Virus record (IMG/VR): IMGVR_UViG_3300033072_001056
Coordinates: 3,710 to 67,709 of that record
Direction: 5' to 3' (one strand)
Source: a virus
Taxonomy: Duplodnaviria > Caudoviricetes
Length of the DNA stretch: 64,000 bases
In this document: one piece after another, positions 27,989 through 34,444 of the stretch
Position numbering within the stretch: position 1 is the first letter of the stretch
How the letters are laid out: every line of letters starts with the position of its first letter
Position numbers and translations under genes: made by a program
The notes under the pieces: generated by a model
Told to the model about the DNA's origin: nothing
The model's database searches: none
The model's input: the letters and a program-made list of their open reading frames with translations, nothing else

Positions 27989-28549
27989 ATGCAATCAGCG
28001 TTTAAATTTGTAGTAAGCCCGTATCAAGGCAAGCAATACAACGACACAAAAAAAGTCGGAGATGTAGAGCTTATAATTTGCAATTCAATAGAAGAAGCAA
28101 TCGATGTTTCGAGAGTCGCGGTTATTGAGTCTTTGCCACTAAATTACAAAGGAAACGTCAAAGTAGGAGATTTGGCAATTGTCAATCACAATATATTCAG
28201 AATCAATTTTGACCACAAAGGAATCCCTTTGCAATCTGAATGGTATATTTCAGAAAACAAGTTTGCTATTTCGTCAGATATGATTTATATGATTGTGCGA
28301 GAAGGAGAATTTATTCCTACCGACGACAATGTTTTTGTTTTGCCAATGAGAGAAAATGATTTTTGGCTAGGAGAAATAGAAAGCGAAAATGTTGGATTTG
28401 CCAAGTATGTAAATGACGATTTAAAATCAAAAGGCGTAACTCCCGGCTCAAGAATAGCATTCAAGCAAGGCTCAAAATACATCTTTGAAATATTTGGCGA
28501 GAAATTATTTATGATGAAAAGTAGAAGAATTGTAGCCAAGCTAAACTAA
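27989..28549 (+). CDS. Protein with two tandem GroES-like modules
   Basis: VKVGDLAIV and GVTPGSRIAF...IFGEKLFMM..RRIVAKL resemble Cpn10 strands. Confidence 0.5.
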   Translation: MQSAFKFVVSPYQGKQYNDTKKVGDVELIICNSIEEAIDVSRVAVIESLPLNYKGNVKVGDLAIVNHNIFRINFDHKGIPLQSEWYISENKFAISSDMIYMIVREGEFIPTDDNVFVLPMRENDFWLGEIESENVGFAKYVNDDLKSKGVTPGSRIAFKQGSKYIFEIFGEKLFMMKSRRIVAKLN

Positions 28550-28594
28550 AAATAACTACCTTTACACTTTATAAACCCTTTAAACCCTAAAATT

Positions 28595-29197
28595 ATGTCA
28601 CGTATTAAGACGGTCATTCAGACCACATCTAAAACGACAGCAGTAGAATGCAATGGCTACGACGCTATTATTCAAACAGTACCTTTAACTGATTCGGCAG
28701 ATGGCTCATTTAGTTTTACTGTAAACAACTCTTATGTTCAATCGGTTTCGACAATTTTGCTTACGCCGATTTATCCGCTTTTAACCGGTAACACATCGAG
28801 AGCAGTAACTTTAACCGGCACTTCCGGAACCGCAAACATTGTTGTTGGAGGAACAAACTATTTAGCAACATTTACAACAAACTTAACGACTTCAGCAAAC
28901 AACTTTGTGACTTCTCACTCAGCTACATTGTCAGCTTTGGGAATTACGGTTACCGCTAACTCCGGAGTTTTAACTTTTGTTGCCGACACAGACACATTCC
29001 CTACTATTACAGTAGCTAACGTATCAGGTGACTTAGCGGGGACTATTGCTGCTGCTTCCGCTATTTCAACTACCGGAAATGTTCACGTTAATCTTGTTTC
29101 TTCAACAAAAGGCTCTTTTGTGGTAAGAGTAACAAATATCGGAACAAGTGCTTTAAATCATTTTGCTTCTTTTGCATTTAAATTAACGCATAACTAA
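28595..29197 (+). CDS. Putative virion decoration/structural protein
   Basis: T/A/S-rich beta protein; FTVNNS.V...STILLT. Confidence 0.5.
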   Translation: MSRIKTVIQTTSKTTAVECNGYDAIIQTVPLTDSADGSFSFTVNNSYVQSVSTILLTPIYPLLTGNTSRAVTLTGTSGTANIVVGGTNYLATFTTNLTTSANNFVTSHSATLSALGITVTANSGVLTFVADTDTFPTITVANVSGDLAGTIAAASAISTTGNVHVNLVSSTKGSFVVRVTNIGTSALNHFASFAFKLTHN

Positions 29198-29216
29198 ACC
29201 TACAACACTTTTCATT

Positions 29217-29249
29217 AAAAACCGATTCGTAATTGAGTCGGTTTTTTTT
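29217..29249 (+). terminator. Intrinsic terminator (CGTAATTG loop)
   Basis: ACCGATTC-GTAATT-GAGTCGGT plus T8. Confidence 0.8.
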
Positions 29250-29290
29250 ATTGGTATAATTTGTATCTTTGACATTATATTTTAATTCAA

Positions 29291-31951
29291 ATGAAAAATT
29301 TATCAGCAGATATTGAGATTGCTATTAAAGACGCAATTTCCGGAATGAATTTAGACATTAACATCTTAGATGTTGATGATGACAAATTAGCTACATTGAT
29401 GTCTTCTCGATTAGAATCATTTTCAGCCACAAAGGAAATGATAAAGCTTTGGCAAGAATCACCTAACGCGCCAAGCCAAGCAAAACTTAGAAAAAACGCA
29501 GAGGAACTTATAAAATCGGGAGAAAATTCGATAGAAGTACTTCGTCAAGCGCTTAGAAAAAAAATAGCCTTTAGCGAATTAGACACAGAGAAGTACGGAA
29601 AGGCTATTAAGTCCAAGCCCGTAATTTTTAAGGCAATTAACGAGATTAATGCCGGAGTACTATCTTTGAAACTTCAGTTAGACGCAGACCAATTAGACTT
29701 CAAAGAACGCGAATTTCGACGTGGATTTCCCGAGAAATTTGCTTCGCAAGAATTTTTTCCCGCAAAAGATTATCACAAGGAATGGTATGACAAAGAAACC
29801 GATTCGGTAATGATTTGTCCGCTTGGCACAAAAGGGAAAGTGATTACTCTTGACGGATTAAACATTATGCTTCCGGCGCCACCAAAATCAAAAAAGAAAA
29901 TACTTTTCAGTAATTTACCAAAAGAAGAACAGTATTGGCGAAGAATCGAACCTCCTCAAGGGCTTACTCCGGAAAACGAAGATGTGTACTACGATTTTAT
30001 TATCGAGGAATTCCGTAAGCGTAGGGAGGGAGTTTGGTTTATGAATAACGGTGAACCGGTATATCTTACCCCGGCGCATTATATGGCGTTACAATGGGTG
30101 AAAATGTTAGATACCGGCTCGTTTATGGATTTCAGATATGCGCAAGCAGAAATGTTTTACTTCACGCGCGCGTGTGTTTTAGATCCGCGATGTTTAGGAG
30201 AGCTGTTTGTAAAGTCACGTCGTACCGGTTTTACCTATCAGATTATTTGCGAAATGATAAATGACGGAACCGGAACATCAAATGCCAAACTTGGTATGAT
30301 TTCAAAAACCGGTGATGATGCCCAAGAAGCATTTTTAAAAATGACTTATGGTATTCAAAACTTACCATTCTTTTTTATACCGGTAGTCAAAGGCAAAATT
30401 GACAGTAAAACAGAAGTTGAATTTGCCAAGCCTTCAGATTCTAGTAAGGTTGCCAAAAAGAAAAAAGACAATAGTACCGATGATTACTTGAATACTTTGA
30501 TGAATTGGAAAACGACTACTGAATCTGCTTATGACGGACAAAGAATGTATCGTTTGTTAATTGACGAGGCGTCAAAACCACTACCCCCATTTAATCTTGA
30601 AACTTATTGGGGACGTGTATCTCCAACCATTAATAACGGTGGTAGGATTGTAGGTAAAATATACGTTGGTTCAACGGTAAACCCTATGAAACTTGGTGGG
30701 GACAAATTCTTGAGAATGTACAAAGGCGCTATGGTTTCAAAAAGAGACAAGGACACTCAAAGAACACCAAACGGTCTGTACGCCTACTTCTTGCCAGCTC
30801 ATAAAAACATGGAATTATTTACCGATAAATACGGAGTTTGTCATACTGTTGTACAGCCGGGCGAATCGTTTACCAATGTTTACGGAACTGAAATATTTGA
30901 AGGGTCAATTCAATATTTGGAAAATATCCGTCGCCAAAAAAGAAAGCAATCGGACATTTTGTACAATGAGGAATTGCGCGCTAATCCAATGACTGTTGAA
31001 GAAGCATTTAGAGATGAAGCTAAGGCAAGTATGTTTAATCTCGAGAAGATAAATGACCAAATTGCTTATAATGATTCTCAAGATATTGAGCAAAAACAAC
31101 TTGTTCGCGGTAATTTCCAATGGAAAGACGGGCAAAAAGATTCTGTCGTAGAGTGGCATCCAAATCCAAGAGGTAGATTTTTACTAAGTTGGATTCCACC
31201 TAAAGAATTACAGAATAAATGGGAGATGAAAGTCAATATGTTTGGTGGAAGAAGCAAGCATCCGTCTAATGAAGATTTAGGATGTCTTGGTATTGACTCT
31301 TATGATATTAATTCGACAGTTGATTCTAAATTAGAAAACACAGAGAACGGAAGCGAATGGTCGGGAGGTTCTAAAGGAGCAATATCCGGAGTTACTTCTA
31401 AATTCACATTGAAAGATGCCCCGAGCAACTCTTTCTTTTTAGAGTATATTGCCCGACCGGAAACAGCCGAGATGTTTTTTGAAGATTGTTTAATGGCTTG
31501 TGTGTTTTATGGTATGCCGGCGCTTGTCGAAAATAACAAAGCACGATTGCTTTATCACTTTAAAAACAGAGGTTACCGAGGGTTTTGTCTTAGCCGATTT
31601 GACAAGCCTTCTAACAGATTAAGTCCTACCGAAAAAGAAATTGGCGGAATTCCTTCAAACTCCGCGGACGTTATTCAAATGCACTATACTGCAATTGAGG
31701 CTTATGTAGAAAAATACGTTGGGTATTATACTCAAGGAGATGATTTAGCTCCGGTAAGAGAAGAAAATGAAATTGGTTCAATGCCGTTTAACAGAACATT
31801 GCGCGATTGGGCAAGTTTTAATATTTCAGACAGAACAAAATCGGATATTTCAATTGCCTCGGGTTATGCCTTAATGGGTGTAAACAGACATAGTTACAAG
31901 TTTCAAAACGAAGCACCGGCGCCAATTGCTTTTAAAATTCGTTATAATTAG
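29291..31951 (+). CDS. terL: Terminase large subunit with an ~150 aa N-terminal extension
   Basis: Walker A KSRRTGFT, Walker B LLIDEASK, nuclease GIDSYD, C-terminal D..IASGYALM. Confidence 0.9.
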   Translation: MKNLSADIEIAIKDAISGMNLDINILDVDDDKLATLMSSRLESFSATKEMIKLWQESPNAPSQAKLRKNAEELIKSGENSIEVLRQALRKKIAFSELDTEKYGKAIKSKPVIFKAINEINAGVLSLKLQLDADQLDFKEREFRRGFPEKFASQEFFPAKDYHKEWYDKETDSVMICPLGTKGKVITLDGLNIMLPAPPKSKKKILFSNLPKEEQYWRRIEPPQGLTPENEDVYYDFIIEEFRKRREGVWFMNNGEPVYLTPAHYMALQWVKMLDTGSFMDFRYAQAEMFYFTRACVLDPRCLGELFVKSRRTGFTYQIICEMINDGTGTSNAKLGMISKTGDDAQEAFLKMTYGIQNLPFFFIPVVKGKIDSKTEVEFAKPSDSSKVAKKKKDNSTDDYLNTLMNWKTTTESAYDGQRMYRLLIDEASKPLPPFNLETYWGRVSPTINNGGRIVGKIYVGSTVNPMKLGGDKFLRMYKGAMVSKRDKDTQRTPNGLYAYFLPAHKNMELFTDKYGVCHTVVQPGESFTNVYGTEIFEGSIQYLENIRRQKRKQSDILYNEELRANPMTVEEAFRDEAKASMFNLEKINDQIAYNDSQDIEQKQLVRGNFQWKDGQKDSVVEWHPNPRGRFLLSWIPPKELQNKWEMKVNMFGGRSKHPSNEDLGCLGIDSYDINSTVDSKLENTENGSEWSGGSKGAISGVTSKFTLKDAPSNSFFLEYIARPETAEMFFEDCLMACVFYGMPALVENNKARLLYHFKNRGYRGFCLSRFDKPSNRLSPTEKEIGGIPSNSADVIQMHYTAIEAYVEKYVGYYTQGDDLAPVREENEIGSMPFNRTLRDWASFNISDRTKSDISIASGYALMGVNRHSYKFQNEAPAPIAFKIRYN

Positions 31952-31952
31952 T

Positions 31953-31983
31953 TTTGGTAGATTAAAAAATATTACTATATTTG
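31953..31983 (+). promoter_or_regulatory. Promoter of tRNA array 1
   Basis: TTTG-N19-TATATTTG. Confidence 0.85.
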
Positions 31984-32000
31984 CCTCAAATAAAGAAGAA

Positions 32001-32075
32001 ATGAAAAAAATGATTACCATAAAAACGATTGCAAGAGTTGGGGATAATTTTCCAAGCAAGGGGACTATGGTGTAA
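32001..32075 (+). CDS. Leader peptide 1 (MKKMITIKTIARVGDNFPSKGTMV)
   Basis: Short ORF between promoter and terminator; codons 2-16 match the array-1 tRNAs. Confidence 0.8.
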   Translation: MKKMITIKTIARVGDNFPSKGTMV

Positions 32076-32099
32076 ATTTTGTTTAGTTTTAACACATAA

Positions 32100-32137
32100 A
32101 AAATCCCCTAATAACATTAGGGGATTTTTATTTTTTT
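32100..32137 (+). terminator. Attenuator terminator 1
   Basis: ATCCCCTAAT-AAC-ATTAGGGGAT plus T-tract; left arm also pairs with leader AGGGGA (32059-64). Confidence 0.85.
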
Positions 32138-32211
32138 GGGGGCGTATGTTTCAAGGCTGACGACTTTGATTTGCAATCAGAGTGAGGTGATTTCGATTAT
32201 CACCGTCTCCA
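32138..32211 (+). tRNA. tRNA-Ala(UGC)
   Basis: Cloverleaf, loop TT-TGC-AA, G3:U70. Confidence 0.85.
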
Positions 32212-32226
32212 CAACAATAAGACAAT

Positions 32227-32256
32227 ATGAAAACAAGTAAAAAGTTTAAGAAGTAA
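32227..32256 (+). promoter_or_regulatory. Lys-rich minigene MKTSKKFKK upstream of tRNA-Lys
   Basis: 5 of 9 codons are Lys; followed by mutually exclusive hairpins at 32257-32292. Confidence 0.65.
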
Positions 32257-32288
32257 TCTGCTCTCAATGATTGGGAGTAGAAATCTAT

Positions 32289-32361
32289 TCCCTCTAAACA
32301 TTATTGGTGGATGTACCAAACTTTTAATTTGGGAAGCCGTGTTCGAATCACGGAGGGGGAA
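32289..32361 (+). tRNA. tRNA-Lys(UUU)
   Basis: Cloverleaf, loop CT-TTT-AA. Confidence 0.9.
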
Positions 32362-32366
32362 CGAAA

Positions 32367-32439
32367 CGGAATATAGCTCAATTGGTGGAGCAATCGCCTG
32401 ATACGCGAGAGGTTATAGGTTCAAGTCCTTTTATTCCGA
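32367..32439 (+). tRNA. tRNA-Ile(GAU)
   Basis: Cloverleaf, loop CT-GAT-AC. Confidence 0.92.
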
Positions 32440-32445
32440 CAAAAC

Positions 32446-32518
32446 GCGAGTATGGTGTCAATGGTTAACATTAGAGACTTCCAATCTCAAGATGTCAGTT
32501 CGATTCTGACTACTCGCT
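32446..32518 (+). tRNA. tRNA-Gly(UCC)
   Basis: Cloverleaf, loop CT-TCC-AA, U73. Confidence 0.92.
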
Positions 32519-32523
32519 CAAAA

Positions 32524-32596
32524 GGTCTATAGGTCAAATGGGTAAGATGTCCGGCTGTCGCCCGGTACGGAGAGGGTTCGAATCCCTCATAGACCG
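32524..32596 (+). tRNA. tRNA-Asp(GUC)
   Basis: Cloverleaf, loop CT-GTC-GC, G73. Confidence 0.9.
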
Positions 32597-32602
32597 CTAA
32601 AT

Positions 32603-32675
32603 GCTTCTGTAATTCAATTGGTAGAAACCCGCATTTGTAACGCGGAAGTTGCAGGTTCGACTCCTGTCAGAAGCT
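32603..32675 (+). tRNA. tRNA-Thr(UGU)
   Basis: Cloverleaf, loop TT-TGT-AA; A31-C39 mismatch. Confidence 0.88.
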
Positions 32676-32680
32676 CAATT

Positions 32681-32751
32681 GCCCAATTTGCATAACGGAA
32701 GTGCCGTTGTTTTACACGCAACAGCAGGGTGTTCGATTCACTCATTGGGTA
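32681..32751 (+). tRNA. tRNA-Val(UAC)
   Basis: Cloverleaf, loop TT-TAC-AC. Confidence 0.88.
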
Positions 32752-32756
32752 CAAAT

Positions 32757-32827
32757 GTCGGTATAGTTCAACGGAAGAATAAGACCCTTCTAAGGTTTTG
32801 ATGAGAGTTCGAGTCTCTCTACCGATT
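32757..32827 (+). tRNA. tRNA-Arg(UCU)
   Basis: Cloverleaf, loop CT-TCT-AA. Confidence 0.9.
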
Positions 32828-32832
32828 CAATA

Positions 32833-32909
32833 GGGCTTGTATCGCCTCTGACTCATAATCAGTAGAAAGCGTAATCGGTCACACGGCGGTTCAATTCCGT
32901 CCAAGCCCA
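32833..32909 (+). tRNA. Atypical CAU tRNA (Ile2-like) with the D-arm-like hairpin 3' of the anticodon arm
   Basis: Perfect acceptor and T arms; anticodon arm CTGA-CTCATAA-TCAG starts 9 nt after the acceptor strand. Confidence 0.7.
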
Positions 32910-32913
32910 CAAA

Positions 32914-32985
32914 GGAAGTATGGTGAAATGGTATCACGACAGACTGTTAATCTGTTAGTTTCAAGTTCGAGTCTTGATATTTCCG
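32914..32985 (+). tRNA. tRNA-Asn(GUU)
   Basis: Cloverleaf, loop CT-GTT-AA, G73. Confidence 0.92.
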
Positions 32986-32992
32986 CTAAAAA

Positions 32993-33023
32993 TTTGATAA
33001 TTTGAATTTTATTTTTACATTTG
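32993..33023 (+). promoter_or_regulatory. Promoter of tRNA-Met and array 2
   Basis: TTTG-N19-TACATTTG. Confidence 0.85.
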
Positions 33024-33026
33024 CAG

Positions 33027-33098
33027 GGCGTGAAGGTGTAATCGGTTGCATTGGAGTCTCATAAACTCTACGGGGTGGTTCGAATCCACGACACGCTA
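33027..33098 (+). tRNA. tRNA-Met(CAU), elongator type (Ile2 not excluded)
   Basis: Loop CT-CAT-AA, G2:C71 and C3:G70; lacks the initiator GGG/CCC stem. Confidence 0.75.
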
Positions 33099-33112
33099 CA
33101 AAGACATATATT

Positions 33113-33184
33113 ATGAGAAATTTAAGTTTATGTTCGTTTTATTGGTTGTCGTTTAAAAACGACACGGGATATAGCGCGCATTAA
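33113..33184 (+). CDS. Leader peptide 2 (MRNLSLCSFYWLSFKNDTGYSAH)
   Basis: Codons 4-14 match the array-2 tRNAs. Confidence 0.8.
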   Translation: MRNLSLCSFYWLSFKNDTGYSAH

Positions 33185-33210
33185 ATTTACCTTGTAATTA
33201 TTTAAAAGCT

Positions 33211-33239
33211 AATCCCGTTCGAAAGTTCGGGATTTTTTT
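33211..33239 (+). terminator. Attenuator terminator 2
   Basis: AATCCCG...CGGGATT plus T5; left arm pairs alternatively with leader CGGGATATAGC (33165-75). Confidence 0.85.
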
Positions 33240-33242
33240 ATT

Positions 33243-33326
33243 GGGAGTAACGCTCGAATTGGTTAGGCGCTTGACTGTAAATCAGGTAATCTGCATAGAT
33301 AGGTGGTTCGAATCCATCTGCTCCCA
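33243..33326 (+). tRNA. tRNA-Tyr(GUA)
   Basis: Loop CT-GTA-AA, long variable arm. Confidence 0.9.
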
Positions 33327-33332
33327 CAAAAT

Positions 33333-33406
33333 AGCTGTATGGCGGAACGGTAGACGCATCAGACTTAAAATCTGTACAACTGTGGGTTCGACTCCCACTA
33401 CAGCCA
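33333..33406 (+). tRNA. tRNA-Leu(UAA) lacking the long variable arm
   Basis: Loop CT-TAA-AA; 6-nt variable region; A1-C72 mismatch. Confidence 0.85.
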
Positions 33407-33414
33407 CAAAAAAA

Positions 33415-33501
33415 GGAGGTATAACCCAAGTTGGTCTAAGGGGCGCTGTCTTGAAAACAGTTGGTCGTAATGGCGTGTAAGTTCGAGTCTTACTGCCTCC
33501 G
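33415..33501 (+). tRNA. tRNA-Ser(UGA)
   Basis: Loop CT-TGA-AA, long variable arm, G73. Confidence 0.92.
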
Positions 33502-33507
33502 CAAAAT

Positions 33508-33591
33508 GGAGAGTAAACTAATCAGGTGGTTAGACTTGTTTGCTAAACAATGGGTGGGTAAAACCTTGGGAATCGTGTTCTCTGCTCTCCG
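33508..33591 (+). tRNA. tRNA-Ser(GCU)
   Basis: Loop TT-GCT-AA, long variable arm, non-canonical T-loop ATCGTGT. Confidence 0.85.
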
Positions 33592-33600
33592 CTATAAATT

Positions 33601-33671
33601 GCTTCTCAGCGTAGGTTGTGCCAATCGGTCTCCAAAACCGTATTGTAAAGGTTCGAATCCTTTGAGTCGCG
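33601..33671 (+). tRNA. tRNA-Trp(CCA), degenerate acceptor and short D arm
   Basis: Loop CT-CCA-AA, canonical T arm, two acceptor mismatches. Confidence 0.72.
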
Positions 33672-33676
33672 CAAAA

Positions 33677-33749
33677 GGAAATTTGGCAGATAAGGTTATT
33701 GCGCTCGACTGAAAATCGAGAGGGCTCGGATCGTTACCGAGAATTTCCA
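33677..33749 (+). tRNA. tRNA-Phe(GAA)
   Basis: Loop CT-GAA-AA; T-loop ATCGTTA. Confidence 0.88.
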
Positions 33750-33754
33750 CAAAC

Positions 33755-33825
33755 GACAAGAAGCCTGACGGAGAAGGGTGCGGTCTGCAAAACCAAACAT
33801 CGCGGTTCGATTCCGCGTCTTGTCT
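33755..33825 (+). tRNA. tRNA-Cys(GCA)
   Basis: Loop CT-GCA-AA, U73. Confidence 0.88.
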
Positions 33826-33833
33826 CAAATTAG

Positions 33834-33905
33834 AACGCAATGCAAGATTCGAACTTGCGTCTTTTGGTTCGTAGCCAAAGATTTTTCCAATTAAACTAAT
33901 CGCGC
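33834..33905 (-). tRNA. tRNA-Arg(ACG)
   Basis: Loop CT-ACG-AA on the minus strand. Confidence 0.9.
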
Positions 33906-33910
33906 ATTTG

Positions 33911-33991
33911 TACGGACGAGAGGACTTGAACCTCCAAAGCTAACGGGTCTAAACCGCCAAGATGTGCCATTCTCAATAAAGCCACGTCCGC
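33911..33991 (-). tRNA. Atypical tRNA-Leu(UAG): enlarged D region, no long variable arm
   Basis: Acceptor and T arms intact; loop TT-TAG-AC; ~26-nt D region. Confidence 0.72.
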
Positions 33992-33996
33992 AATTG

Positions 33997-34068
33997 GGTG
34001 TTTTCGGGTCTCGAACCCTGTTCTCCGGATTCACAGTCCGGCACTTTACCTGTTAAGCTAAAAACACC
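33997..34068 (-). tRNA. tRNA-His(GUG)
   Basis: Loop CT-GTG-AA; encoded G-1:C73. Confidence 0.88.
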
Positions 34069-34074
34069 ATATAG

Positions 34075-34147
34075 TTTCTTTGTCAAGACTCGAACTTGAA
34101 CAACGAGAGTCAAAGTCTCGTATGCTAACCAATTACATCACAAAGAA
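34075..34147 (-). tRNA. tRNA-Gln(UUG)
   Basis: Loop CT-TTG-AC; U1:A72. Confidence 0.9.
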
Positions 34148-34153
34148 TTTTAG

Positions 34154-34225
34154 TAACGCATACGGGATTCGAACCCGTGATTAGAAATAGAAAGTTTCTT
34201 GTGCTGACCACTACACTAATGCGTC
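34154..34225 (-). tRNA. tRNA-Glu(UUC)
   Basis: Loop CT-TTC-TA (U at position 37). Confidence 0.88.
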
Positions 34226-34230
34226 TTTTG

Positions 34231-34307
34231 TCTAGTTGGCAGGAATCGAACCTGCGTAACTCCCGCTTCCAAGGCGGGCGAGTATATCCATCTGCTCCGA
34301 CAACTAG
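34231..34307 (-). tRNA. tRNA-Pro(UGG)
   Basis: Loop CT-TGG-AA; C1:G72, A73. Confidence 0.9.
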
Positions 34308-34311
34308 AAAT

Positions 34312-34340
34312 AAAAAAAGCCTCCCAATTACGGAAGGCTT
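34312..34340 (-). terminator. Attenuator terminator 3
   Basis: AAGCCTTCCG-TAAT-TGGGAGGCTT plus T-tract; left arm pairs alternatively with leader CGGGAGG (34379-85). Confidence 0.85.
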
Positions 34341-34365
34341 TAGCTAATATATTTTATTTACATAT

Positions 34366-34440
34366 TTACACGCTTGTTCCTCCCGATAAAATATCCGGCT
34401 CTTGAAGACGTTGTTCAGTATGTAATTTTAATCTTTTCAT
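34366..34440 (-). CDS. Leader peptide 3 (MKRLKLHTEQRLQEPDILSGGTSV)
   Basis: Codons 7-15 match the array-3 tRNAs; near-leaderless ATG. Confidence 0.8.
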   Translation of the reverse strand: MKRLKLHTEQRLQEPDILSGGTSV

Positions 34441-34444
34441 ATTG

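Noticed and set aside
33238-33840. Track ORFs overlapping the tRNA cluster (33238..33429, 33241..33480, 33461..33712, 33592..33840)
   Set aside because: They overlap clear tRNA cloverleaves; the reading frames are incidental.
32138-34307. Regularly spaced ~75-85 bp units resembling a CRISPR array
   Set aside because: The units are tRNAs; there is no identical direct repeat and no cas genes.
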